In this document: in pieces, positions 9,466 to 19,649 of the stretch
Layout: each line of letters starts with the position of its first letter
How positions within the stretch are numbered: position 1 is the first letter of the stretch
Assembly (NCBI GenBank): GCA_040767965.1
Contig: JAXGNR010000004.1
Coordinates: 1-64,000 of the forward strand
DNA length: 64,000 nt
Origin: Atribacterota bacterium
GTDB lineage: Bacteria; Atribacterota; Phoenicimicrobiia; Phoenicimicrobiales; Stramentimicrobiaceae
Direction: 5' to 3'
Notes under the pieces: generated by a model
Databases searched by the model: none
What the model saw: only the letters and a program-made list of their open reading frames with translations
Told to the model about the DNA's origin: nothing
Program-made: the position numbers and the translations under genes

Positions 9466-10248
9466 ATGAAAGAAGGTATGCTTATGGACATGTGGAAGTT
9501 TTTTAATATCACCCATCGAGATCATATTATCTGCAATCCGATGAGTCTTGAGAAAATTGGACAGCTTATCACACTTCTACCTTTAAAACCCGGGGCACGT
9601 GTGCTTGATATCGCAACGGGAAAGGGTGAGTTTCTTATCAGACTTGCAGAGCAGTACCGACAGATCATAGGGACAGGAATTGATTTTTCTCCTTACTGCA
9701 TTAATGATGCCCAAAAGAAGCATCAGGAGCGTGTTCCGGAGGCTCAACTGCATTTCCTGGAGATGGACGGGGCGAAGTATGTCCCAAAAAAATTAGAGAG
9801 CTTTGATCTGGTTTCCTGTATCGGTGCGAGTTGGATTTTTGACGGATATCGGGGGACGTTAAACGCTCTGCAGAAGATGGCAGATCCGGGAAGCTGGATT
9901 GTAGTAGGAGAGCCGTATTGGCGGAATGACCCGGGAAAAGAGTATTTAGAAGCGATTGGAGTGAAGAGAGACAACTTCGGAAAACATTATCAGAATATAG
10001 AGGTAGGGCAAGAACAGGGATTGGAAGTGGTTTATACGCTCGTAAGCAGCCAGGATGACTGGGATAGATATGAAGGATTACAATGGTATGCTGCAGAAAC
10101 CTGGGCGATTGATCATCGGGATGATCCGGATGTGGAGACCGTGCTAAAACAAGTTCGTGATAGTAAGGCAGCATATTTGAAGTGGGGACGAGAAACGCTG
10201 GGATGGGCTATTTATGTTTTCAAGAAAGGTGGAATGGACACATTATAA
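9466..10248 (+). CDS. Class I SAM-dependent methyltransferase
   Basis: VLDIATGKG motif I; 'FDLVSCIGASWI'; start could be 9478 or 9484. Confidence 0.88.
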   Translation: MKEGMLMDMWKFFNITHRDHIICNPMSLEKIGQLITLLPLKPGARVLDIATGKGEFLIRLAEQYRQIIGTGIDFSPYCINDAQKKHQERVPEAQLHFLEMDGAKYVPKKLESFDLVSCIGASWIFDGYRGTLNALQKMADPGSWIVVGEPYWRNDPGKEYLEAIGVKRDNFGKHYQNIEVGQEQGLEVVYTLVSSQDDWDRYEGLQWYAAETWAIDHRDDPDVETVLKQVRDSKAAYLKWGRETLGWAIYVFKKGGMDTL

Positions 10249-10409
10249 GTTGACCAAAGTTCATAATTGGCCATGCCCATGATGAATCTACGGATAGAAT
10301 AAGATTTATCATTAAATAATGAAATTCTATCTATGCAATAATCTGATAACCAGCAGTCCTTCATACTGATATATTGCTGATTGCTTTCTATTTTTTCAAG
10401 CTTTATATC

Positions 10410-10778
10410 TTAAGATCTCAAAAGCCATAAAATTCGGTCATATGAAAGGATGTAGTGGACAAGTGTGATGATCGCAAAAATCCAGCCAGGTTTTCTCAAG
10501 CCAAGGGAAAAAAAGCAATAGGTAGCAAAAGAGAAAAAACCAATCTCCAATAACAATCTTAACCAGCCCTGCACTGCAACAACTGCTGCACCATTTGCAC
10601 TGGCATCATTAGGTGTGCGGAAAATACCCCATAAAGAGGCTGCAATCAATGGCAAACCGATCATTAACAAATAGCGCAAAAAGTCTGTGCGCTGGCTCCA
10701 TCCCCAACGTCCGAATGCATACAATGCTGTTAATTCCAATAAAAAACGTACTGCAAGGTTGATTGAGTTCTGACTCAT
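10410..10778 (-). CDS. YrdB/DUF2568-like membrane protein
   Basis: 'NLAVRFLLEL', 'WGIF..P', four TM helices; GGAGG RBS. Confidence 0.8.
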   Translation of the reverse strand: MSQNSINLAVRFLLELTALYAFGRWGWSQRTDFLRYLLMIGLPLIAASLWGIFRTPNDASANGAAVVAVQGWLRLLLEIGFFSFATYCFFSLGLRKPGWIFAIITLVHYILSYDRILWLLRS

Positions 10779-11280
10779 TATTTGCCCTCCAAATACAATC
10801 TATTACTTAAGGGAAAACTCAATATTTCTCCTGAATCAAGGATACATTAATTAATATCTTTATCTGTAAATCCTTTAACCTGGAAAAGATATTTTTATTA
10901 TATTGCACGGGATATTTATTATCAATATCTTAAAGGTATGGAATCCGAGGGATCCAAGAGAAATAAAAGACACAGTCTTTTGACAGCTCATCTTCCCATC
11001 TTTTAACTGCTACTTTATCCTATGGATCCGCTTTAAGGATTCATATCAGGGCAACATCTCTTTTGACATATTTATTTTAGTTTGGAACATTTGTTATTAT
11101 TTCTTTATTGTTAATAGCAATTTCAGGATTTTTGGTAATCAATATTTAAAGTAATGGCAAATATTCTTATTTGCATGAAACGCTTTTAAGATTATATTAT
11201 TTTGCTTTTTTATCCATTTAGGTTGTAATATTAATCAAATAATAATAACTTTAGTTTAGGAATAAATATTGAATCTATCT

Positions 11281-12498
11281 ATGAATAATCCAAAAAAAGG
11301 TACAAAATACGACTTAATTAAAATTCTTTTTGTTCTTTTTATTCCATATGTTGCTTTAAGTATTGGGCAAAATGGGTTTCTAGGTTTGCTTCCCTTCATC
11401 CGGGAAGAATTTGCTTTAAACAGAGTACAGATTGGTTATTATTCGACTAGCTTTTTTATTGGTGCTGCGCTAATCTCTGTTTTCACCGGCATAATTGTTG
11501 ACAGGATTGGACCAAAAAAGGCATGCTTCTTGGTATCGGGCTTTGGGCACTTTTTTATTAGCTCATGGGCTATCACCTAATTATAATTTTTATTACTGAT
11601 GGGTTTTCTGGCAGGTTTTGGGTTTAGCCTTATTACACCATCAGTAGCAAAAGCAGTTATATCTACAACTATCAGAGAAAAACGTGCCGTATCAATGGGT
11701 TTTACACAAACAGGATTTGGTATTGGAGGAGTATTAGGAGCCAGTTTCCTTCCTTTTCTTGGGAATATCCTGGGATGGCGCATAACAATTATGTTGACTG
11801 CAGTTTTTATTTTATTGATAGGACCATTAATTTTTAAACTCTATCAGGAAAAAAATTATATTAAAAATATTATTGATACCCCAGAAAATCAGGGAGAAGC
11901 GCAACTATCTCTTAGATACCATATTTTATCTTTTTTTAAGAATAAATCCTTATTTCGATTATGTGTTTTAGGCATAATTTTTGGTATTTCAGAAAGCTCC
12001 GCCTTATCACATTTTGTTATTTTTCTTTCTGAAGATTTGGATATACCTAAAGTAATGGCTGGTGTAGGATTTGCCACTCTTCATCTGGGTGGAATGATAG
12101 GACTGATTATCTGTGGGCTTTTTTCTGATAGATTTTATCAAACTGATCGAAGGAAGAGTCTTTTTATTATAGAATTCTCAACGGGGATAGCCTTTCTTTT
12201 TATTGGATTTATGCTAATTCATCCGTCAAAGGGTTTAGCTGTAGTGTTTATCTCATCATTTATATTAGGTTTTTTTGTTCTTGGTTGGCCGGGGGTTTAT
12301 CTGACATTTGTGGGAGAATCTGCTGGTACTAACAAAGCAGGTTTGGCCACTGGATTTGCCCTGCTTATGATAAGAATTGGAATGTTGATAGCTCCGACAA
12401 TATTTGGATATATTGCAGACATACAAGGGCATTACCAGTATAGTTGGTTATTGTTTGGATTATTTATTGCCATTTCATCAATTTTTTTATTGAGATAG
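11281..12498 (+). pseudogene. MFS transporter, split by apparent single-base deletions at ~11515-11595
   Basis: Motif A 'GIIVDRIGPK' in the first ORF, remaining TMs in the second; breaks lie in homopolymers, possibly an assembly artifact. Confidence 0.75.
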
Positions 12499-12515
12499 TA
12501 CAACCTTCTCCTGTA

Positions 12516-13205
12516 TCATGTTCTGATCTTTTCAATTTCAAGGATTAATTTTAAAATAGATACATTATTTGGTTCTTTGGTTTCCAGAATCTCTTTACTT
12601 GTAATTTCTATTCCATAGAAATCTTTATTGGCATCATAATCTTCCTGGATAATAGAACCCTCTAGGGTAAACCCAGCATAAAGGCCTTCCCGATAAGAAT
12701 ATGTATATATGGAATTACTCAACTGAGCATCTTTATGCAAACTTTCGTTTGTAGGTCCTGGTGAAATACTGATGTTGGCTCCAATATCAAAATTGGTTTC
12801 CTTTAATCTATCCATAGTGTTTTCATCCATGATAATTAGTAATAAGGAAACATCTTGAATCCCAATTTGTGGACCGAATGAAGCAGTTTTTATTTCAATA
12901 AAAGATGGACCATACCATTGTTTTGTTTCATAATCTTTACGTAAAGAAACTCCTTTGCCAAATTGAAATCCTATACCGAGGCCAATTTTGGTTAATTTCG
13001 GAAAAATAACAACACCATGTGCATTTTGCAATAATTCTCCCATGGCTGTTTTTTGTTCTTCTATGGCTATCATTTTATGTAAAACATCTATAGAGTTAAT
13101 GATTCTTTCTTCTTCCTGAGAGAGTTCCTGGGAATATATAGTGCTTCCAGTAAATAAAATAAGGAGTGAAATAAAGAAAGTAAGGATTTTCTTCCAATTA
13201 ATCAT
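12516..13205 (-). CDS. Ysc84/SYLF lipid-binding domain protein, secreted
   Basis: 'AHGVVIFP...GIGFQFGKG', 'SFGPQIG', 'YSYREGLYAGFTLEGS'. Confidence 0.85.
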   Translation of the reverse strand: MINWKKILTFFISLLILFTGSTIYSQELSQEEERIINSIDVLHKMIAIEEQKTAMGELLQNAHGVVIFPKLTKIGLGIGFQFGKGVSLRKDYETKQWYGPSFIEIKTASFGPQIGIQDVSLLLIIMDENTMDRLKETNFDIGANISISPGPTNESLHKDAQLSNSIYTYSYREGLYAGFTLEGSIIQEDYDANKDFYGIEITSKEILETKEPNNVSILKLILEIEKIRT

Positions 13206-13396
13206 AATCTGTACCTCCTCTATATTAGCTTAGAGATATTTTTAGATTATTATCTTACTTCTCTGGTCTTTTGGTTAAATTTAAAAGCTGAGAAGTTTTA
13301 TCTTTTACTTATCTTGATCTATTTTAGTAAATTCATTATATAATATTCTGTTTAATAAATAAATGCATAGTATAAACAAAAAACTTTTGTTTATAC

Positions 13397-14808
13397 GAGT
13401 CAATCCCAATTTTTCTGTAAAATTAAGTAGCCACCAATTCCTCCTGAGCCTTGACTCCTTCTTTCATTTGTTTTATTTCTTCTAAGAGAGGATCATCTTC
13501 TTGTAGGAATTGATCCTCTTTATTTATCTTCAGATACCTTCTACCGGTCTGCCATTCCTCATCAATCTCCATGAGTCTCAGGGAGGCATATCTTAGGCAG
13601 GATTCCTGGTTCGGGAAAATGCCAACTACCCTGGAGCGTTGTTTTAGGTCTTTATTGATTACCCCTTCAATTAAATTGGTGGTTCTAATCTTGCGACGGT
13701 GATGTTTGGAGTAGTTAAGGTAAGTCAGAGTAAATTCCAATTCCTCTTGTAACATTTCACTTACTTTATGATAACTGGTCTGGTATTTTCTGGCAATCAT
13801 CTTAGCTACAGTAACAGCCATCTGTCTGGTGGGAGAATTAAAGATCTGCTTGAGATAATCGGCCAGTTTTGCTTTTTCCTTATAGGGAACACAAGATAGG
13901 ACATTACGCATAAAATGACAGATACAGCGCTGATGGGGTGTATTGGGGAATACTTCCTGCTGAGCTTTGATGAGTCCCTTATGGTCATCGGAGATCGTTA
14001 AATCTACGTATTTTAATCCCCTGTCTTTGATTTGGTTAAAGTGATTCAGATAGCTTTGGTAGCTTTCCTCAAAGGCGATATCAATACCCAGAACCTTCCG
14101 GTATCCGTTCTTGTCTACACCTATGGTAATTAATAACGGGCAGGAGATGACCTGGTGGTTTACCCGGATAAAAAAGTAGAGGGCATCGGTAAATAGATAG
14201 AGGTAATAATCTTGTAATTGTGCTTGTTGCCATTTTTTTATCTGAGGATCCAGTTCCTGGGTGATTCTGCTGACTGTAGATTTGGAATAGATGAGATCCG
14301 GTGATAGTTTAGCGACAATCTTTTTGACCCGGTTGGTGGAGACTCCATCGGTAACCATCTGGCAGATACTGGCAAGTAGGGCCTTTTCGCTTCTTTGGTA
14401 GTTTTCAAATAATTGAGTCTGAAAGGCAAATTCTCTGATCTGGGGTTTGGCCAAAAGTAGATTACCGACTCTGGTATTTAAAGAGCGGGGCTTATAGCCG
14501 TTACGATTGGCCTTTCTTCTGGCATTGTCTCTTTTATGAGACAATACTCCCACCTGAGCATCTCTTTCTTCTTCCATTAGCTGTTGCATAATACTTTTTA
14601 CCATTTCCTTTAGGAAATCTCCGTCCTTATTTAATTCCGCTTGCAAAATAGACATGATTGAATTAGTATTTAATTGGGTCATCTTGAATTTATCCTCCTT
14701 AATTTTTTAGAGTTTCGTCTATATTATTATGGAGGTTCTTGATGGCCCATTTCAAGTTATTATTTTAATTAACTTATTCTACTTTTACAGAAAATATAGC
14801 ACACACTC
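13397..14808 (-). mobile_element. IS256-family insertion sequence
   Basis: Imperfect 26 bp TIRs GAGT-N10-TTTTCTGTAAAA at both ends enclosing a transposase; no direct target duplication visible. Confidence 0.85.
13423..14682 (-). CDS. IS256 (Mutator-like) DDE transposase
   Basis: 'RNGYKPR', 'YLFTDAL', 'ISDDHKGL', 'QRCICHFMRN', 'IRTTNLIE'. Confidence 0.95.
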   Translation of the reverse strand: MTQLNTNSIMSILQAELNKDGDFLKEMVKSIMQQLMEEERDAQVGVLSHKRDNARRKANRNGYKPRSLNTRVGNLLLAKPQIREFAFQTQLFENYQRSEKALLASICQMVTDGVSTNRVKKIVAKLSPDLIYSKSTVSRITQELDPQIKKWQQAQLQDYYLYLFTDALYFFIRVNHQVISCPLLITIGVDKNGYRKVLGIDIAFEESYQSYLNHFNQIKDRGLKYVDLTISDDHKGLIKAQQEVFPNTPHQRCICHFMRNVLSCVPYKEKAKLADYLKQIFNSPTRQMAVTVAKMIARKYQTSYHKVSEMLQEELEFTLTYLNYSKHHRRKIRTTNLIEGVINKDLKQRSRVVGIFPNQESCLRYASLRLMEIDEEWQTGRRYLKINKEDQFLQEDDPLLEEIKQMKEGVKAQEELVAT

Positions 14809-14982
14809 TTTATTTGCTTTATTATTATCAGGTTTGTTTTTAATATAAATTGTTTTATTCTCACAAAAACATTAGCTATTAAATAAGTACAGTGATCTGG
14901 AAATATTTTTAAAAATTATAAAAAAAATGAAAGAAAATCATATCCTTTTACGTATTAATAGACAGAAAGAAAAATACAAATA

Positions 14983-15378
14983 ATGGAGGATAATAAAATG
15001 ACTTATCTAAGTAGCTATAAAAAAATAGGTGTGATCTTTCTGGTATTCTTATTAATTGCAGGGATATTAACTTTTAATAGCTTTGCACAAAATAACGGAT
15101 ACGCAGGAGGCAAGAATGGTTTTTCAAAAGGAAATACTAATGGAAATGCTAATGCCGGACCTGGAAGTGGTAATGGCGGTTATCGACAAGATGCTCCAGA
15201 TGCTGATGGGGATGGCATTCCTAATGGGCTAGATGATGATTATGTTTCAGATTGTGACTGTGAATGCTGTTTAGCTGATGATGATGGAGATGGTATTCCT
15301 AATTGTCAGGACGAAGATTATCAGGGAACATGTACTTGTGAAGGAGAACCGCAAGGAAACCAATGGGGTAAACAATAA
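14983..15378 (+). CDS. Small secreted Gly/Asn-rich protein with DxDGDGIPN Ca-binding-like repeats and Cys cluster
   Basis: Signal peptide; two D.DGDGIPN..D.DY repeats; likely start ATG 14998 after GGAGG. Confidence 0.7.
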   Translation: MEDNKMTYLSSYKKIGVIFLVFLLIAGILTFNSFAQNNGYAGGKNGFSKGNTNGNANAGPGSGNGGYRQDAPDADGDGIPNGLDDDYVSDCDCECCLADDDGDGIPNCQDEDYQGTCTCEGEPQGNQWGKQ

Positions 15379-15424
15379 TTCCATTCAGACAAGTTAGAAG
15401 GAATTATTTTTTCTAAACTATAAG

Positions 15425-15494
15425 TAAAATAAAAAGATATCCTCTCTATTTACTTACATAACAAAATAATATGGGAGGGTATCTTTTTATTTTA
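15425..15494 (+). terminator. Long inverted repeat / probable intrinsic terminator
   Basis: TAAAATAAAAAGATATCCTCTC ... GGGAGGGTATCTTTTTATTTTA. Confidence 0.6.
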
Positions 15495-16096
15495 GACTTC
15501 CACGCAAATACTAATCAGAGCGTATTTTATTTATTTTTAAAGCAATTAGCAAGCTGCTATTATAAAGTCATTCTTATTTGGCTGATCAAAGTTAAGAATG
15601 TTTGAAATCAATACCTGTAGTATAATTAGACATAATGGAATATATAGATTAAAGTAATATAGAAGGCAAATATTAAAACTGTGAATTATGGATAAAAAGT
15701 TTAATTGATTATGAAAGATTATATTAGTCAAATAATTATTTTCTTCTGATTGGGGAAAAATCAATTTTTATAATTTCCTATAATTAATTAAAATAAACAG
15801 GATTTTTATTGAAAGATGAAAGATAATACTCACCAACAGAATATCTGATTATTCAAAGCAGGAGATTAATATTTCAACCCATTTTTACATTTTTTGACTG
15901 TGGAAAATTTTGTATTTATTTTTAAGACATAATAATCTGAATAATGGCTTTTTAATAAAGGCAATAAAAATCTTCTTGTGTTTTGAGAAGCGAAATCATT
16001 TATAAAATAAAACTGAAAATAACGTCTGTCCTCAAAAAATATTCCTGATTTGAAAGAAAAATAATAGTAAAATTAAATACAAAGAAAGGAAATGAT

Positions 16097-17194
16097 ATGA
16101 AAGATATAGATGTTATTGAAAAAATTCAGTCTTCATTTAGGAAACAGGTTCAAAAGGATAATAAAGTAAAAAATGCTTATCTTTTATTGCATTCAGATAA
16201 GCTTAAGCTTGGCCTTAATATTGCCGAAGGGGAAACAGACAGTATAAAAGCTAATATAAATCAACCGAATCATTTAGCCAGTGTTGGAAAGTTATTTACA
16301 GCAACTATTATCAGCATGCTCTATGAAAGTGGACAACTGGATTTTAATGATAATATAACCCAATATCTTGATTTGGAGTTAATGCATCGTTTGCATTTTT
16401 TTAAAGGAAAAGATTATTCTGATCAAATCACCATTAGACATCTGTTAATGCAAACATCAGGATTAAATGATGTTTTTTTCCTTTTATTAAAAAAAATGAT
16501 AGATAACCCGGAATTCAGCATAACTCCCAGAGAGGCTATTATTTGGGGTAAAGAAAATATAAAACCCGTTGCGGTCCCAGGCAGAAGACATTTCTATACT
16601 GATACAAACTATTACCTTTTAGGGTTAATTATTGAGAAAGTTACCAGTAAAGCATTCCATGAAGTTGTGCATGAGTTTATTTTTGAACCTTTAAACATGG
16701 AAAATGCCTATGTGCATGGTTTTACAACACCCAAGATAAAGTCAGCATATCCCACTGCCAAGCCCTATATGAAAGGACATGATCTTCTTTCAATAAAAGG
16801 GGTTCATCAGATAGATTATGCCGGGGGCAGTATGATTGCACCACTTGCTGAATACTTGATTTTTATGAAAGCTTTAGTTGAAGGTAAGATTATAAAAAAA
16901 GAAACTCTGGACAGGATGATAAGCGACGATATTTACATGGGATTTCCTACAGTTGGATTTAGATATGGTTATTCTATATGGAAGCCTATAACAATTCCTA
17001 TAATTGCACCATTACAATACAGGTGTTGGGGATGTGTCGGTGTAACTGGTGCTTTTATGTTTTATCATCCCTTAACAGAATCTTATATTATTGGATCATT
17101 TAATGATTTCTCTTACAGGGGAAAAGCTTTGGAATTTATGGTTAGAAAAGTAATAAAAGAACTATTGAATTATCAAAAAGTAAATGCTTTATAA
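16097..17194 (+). CDS. Serine hydrolase, beta-lactamase-related family
   Basis: ASVGK (SxxK), 'ITIRHLL..TSG', 'FYTDTNY..LG.IIE'. Confidence 0.88.
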   Translation: MKDIDVIEKIQSSFRKQVQKDNKVKNAYLLLHSDKLKLGLNIAEGETDSIKANINQPNHLASVGKLFTATIISMLYESGQLDFNDNITQYLDLELMHRLHFFKGKDYSDQITIRHLLMQTSGLNDVFFLLLKKMIDNPEFSITPREAIIWGKENIKPVAVPGRRHFYTDTNYYLLGLIIEKVTSKAFHEVVHEFIFEPLNMENAYVHGFTTPKIKSAYPTAKPYMKGHDLLSIKGVHQIDYAGGSMIAPLAEYLIFMKALVEGKIIKKETLDRMISDDIYMGFPTVGFRYGYSIWKPITIPIIAPLQYRCWGCVGVTGAFMFYHPLTESYIIGSFNDFSYRGKALEFMVRKVIKELLNYQKVNAL

Positions 17195-17369
17195 AATATA
17201 AATGAGCAGGCTTTCCAGATTAGTGTTAGAGAATCTAAAGAAACTTTTTCAAGCAATTACAACCATCTTATTTTGTAATAAAGAAAAACCTTCCAGGATA
17301 AAGCAATGTAATGAAAATTAAGTTTCAATATATTAGTTTCATCTATAAAAGAAAGGCGGTAAATTAGCT

Positions 17370-19397
17370 ATGAATCATAGTAAAAGCCATCAAAGTAATA
17401 ACAGCTCTGCAGAACACCATAAACAGATTCCTCATGGACATGAACATATTAATCACCATCAAAAAATGGCGCAGGATTTCCAAAAAAAATTTTTTATATC
17501 ATCCTTAGTCACTATTCCAATTCTTAGCCTTTCTCCAATGATACAGCAACTGTTTGGTTATAGGTTTGACATCCCTGGAGAAAAATATATTCTTTTTATT
17601 CTTTCCAGTTTTATTTTCTTCTACGGTGGTTACCCGTTTTTAAGTGGATTCCGGGATGAGATCAAGAAAAAACAACCAGGAATGATGACTCTTATTGCTT
17701 TAGCCACTTCAGTAGCATATTTTTATAGTTCCGCAGTTGTTTTCGGCTTCGAGGGAAAGTTTTTTTTCTGGGAACTTGCTACTTTGATTGATGTCATGCT
17801 ATTTGGTCACTGGGTGGAAATGAAGTCGGTTTTAGGGGCCTCCAGATCACTGGAAAAACTAGCTCAATTAATGCCGGACACTGCTCATCTGATCAAAGCA
17901 GGAAAAGTTGAAGAGGTTAAGATTTCTGTATTGAAAAAAGGTGAACATGTGCTAATAAAAGCAGGAGAGAAAATTCCTGCTGATGGTTCCATTATCAAAG
18001 GCCATAGTTATATTGATGAGTCCATGCTAACTGGAGAGTCAAAACCTGTACAAAAAAAAGAAGGTGACAAGGTTGTAGCTGGTTCAATCAATGGTGATTC
18101 AGTTTTAGAAGTAAATATTGAAGGAACAGGAGAGGAATCTTATTTAAATAAGGTCATCAATCTGGTAAAACAGGCTCAGTCTTCTAAATCCAAAACACAA
18201 AGGCTAGCTGATAAAGCAGCAATCTGGCTTACTATCACTGCACTAGCTGCCGGGACAATAACATTTATTTACTGGTTTGTTTTTGGTTCAGAGCTGTCCT
18301 TTGCCATAGAAAGAATGGCAACTGTCATGGTCATTACCTGTCCTCATGCTTTAGGTTTGGCGATACCATTAGTAACGGCAGTTTCCACTTCATTATCAGC
18401 AAAAAATGGACTTTTAATAAGAAATAGGACTGCATTCGAAAATGCAAGAAAAATTACAACTCTTATTTTTGATAAGACCGGGACACTTACCGAAGGCAAA
18501 TTTGGTGTAACAATGGTAAAACCTATAAATAATAATTATGATGAAAAAGAAATTATTCAGCTGGCAGCCTCCCTGGAAAAAAGATCTGAACACCCTATTG
18601 CTAAAGGAATTATAAATAAAGCTGAAGAATTCGGAGTTAAAGCTAAAAAGGTTTCAGGTTTTACAGTTATTAAAGGGCAAGGTGTAAATGGTAGAGTGGA
18701 GGGAGATATTGTTTATCTGGTTAGCCAAAATTATATTGAGAAAAACAATTTTAAAATACCTGAAGATGTTAAGATTGATGAAAGCGGTACTCAGGTTTAT
18801 GTATTAGTTGAAAATAAGCTAGTTGGCATTATAATTCTCTCAGATAAAATTAGGGATGAATCTTATGAGTCGATTCTACTGTTAAAAAAAATGGGTATAA
18901 AATGTTGGATGCTTACAGGGGACAATCAGAGAATTGCCCAGGAGGTTTCAAATAAGTTAAATCTTGATGGTTATTTTGCAGAAGTGCTTCCTCATGAAAA
19001 GATGGAAAAAATAAAAGAGCTGCAGAACAAAGGTGAATTTGTTGCAATGACGGGAGATGGAATTAATGATGCTCCTGCCCTTGCCCAGGCAAACATTGGA
19101 ATTGCTATTGGGTCTGGCACAGATGTCGCTGCCGAAACTGCTGATATTATTCTGGTAAATAGCAATCCTTTAGATGTTACATCATTAGTCTCGTTTGGAA
19201 AAGCAACATACAGAAAAATGATTCAGAATTTGTATTGGGCAACTGGATATAATATTATTGCTATTCCTCTTGCTGCTGGGATATTCTATAATCAAGGCAT
19301 ATTGATTTCTCCTGCCATAGGCGCAGCCTTGATGTCTTTAAGCACTATAATTGTGGCAATAAACGCTCAATTTTTATCAATAAATAAACCAAAATAA
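17370..19397 (+). CDS. copB: Copper-translocating P1B-type ATPase (CopB-like, P1B-3)
   Basis: His-rich N-terminus, TGES, CPH, DKTGT, GDGINDAP, YN and MSLS. Confidence 0.92.
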   Translation: MNHSKSHQSNNSSAEHHKQIPHGHEHINHHQKMAQDFQKKFFISSLVTIPILSLSPMIQQLFGYRFDIPGEKYILFILSSFIFFYGGYPFLSGFRDEIKKKQPGMMTLIALATSVAYFYSSAVVFGFEGKFFFWELATLIDVMLFGHWVEMKSVLGASRSLEKLAQLMPDTAHLIKAGKVEEVKISVLKKGEHVLIKAGEKIPADGSIIKGHSYIDESMLTGESKPVQKKEGDKVVAGSINGDSVLEVNIEGTGEESYLNKVINLVKQAQSSKSKTQRLADKAAIWLTITALAAGTITFIYWFVFGSELSFAIERMATVMVITCPHALGLAIPLVTAVSTSLSAKNGLLIRNRTAFENARKITTLIFDKTGTLTEGKFGVTMVKPINNNYDEKEIIQLAASLEKRSEHPIAKGIINKAEEFGVKAKKVSGFTVIKGQGVNGRVEGDIVYLVSQNYIEKNNFKIPEDVKIDESGTQVYVLVENKLVGIIILSDKIRDESYESILLLKKMGIKCWMLTGDNQRIAQEVSNKLNLDGYFAEVLPHEKMEKIKELQNKGEFVAMTGDGINDAPALAQANIGIAIGSGTDVAAETADIILVNSNPLDVTSLVSFGKATYRKMIQNLYWATGYNIIAIPLAAGIFYNQGILISPAIGAALMSLSTIIVAINAQFLSINKPK

Positions 19398-19516
19398 GCT
19401 TTCTTTTTTCATTTAAAATCAATCTATTGGATTTTGTTAATGTCTCACGATTAAATAAAATTATTTCTAACTAGTCAAGGCTGAATATCAAATTTAATAA
19501 TTTCTCCTTGGTAAAG

Positions 19517-19553
19517 TTTTTATAGATATTATTTTGGATAATATCTATAAAAA
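19517..19553. terminator. Perfect AT-rich inverted repeat (terminator or operator)
   Basis: TTTTTATAGATATTAT-tttgg-ATAATATCTATAAAAA. Confidence 0.4.
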
Positions 19554-19649
19554 TAATATACAAAATAATGGTATTCCTGTAATTTTAAACTTATAATATT
19601 GATAATGATAAAATGTGAATAAAATATAATTAAATATAAAGGGATCTAG

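Noticed and set aside
9701-10174. 157 aa antisense ORF and other short ORFs overlapping annotated genes
   Set aside because: Shadow frames of well-supported genes, with no independent coding signal.
3490-11070. Classical integron or CRISPR array
   Set aside because: No tyrosine integrase or cas gene, no convincing attC (RYYYAAC..GTTRRRY) structures, and repeats are irregularly spaced.
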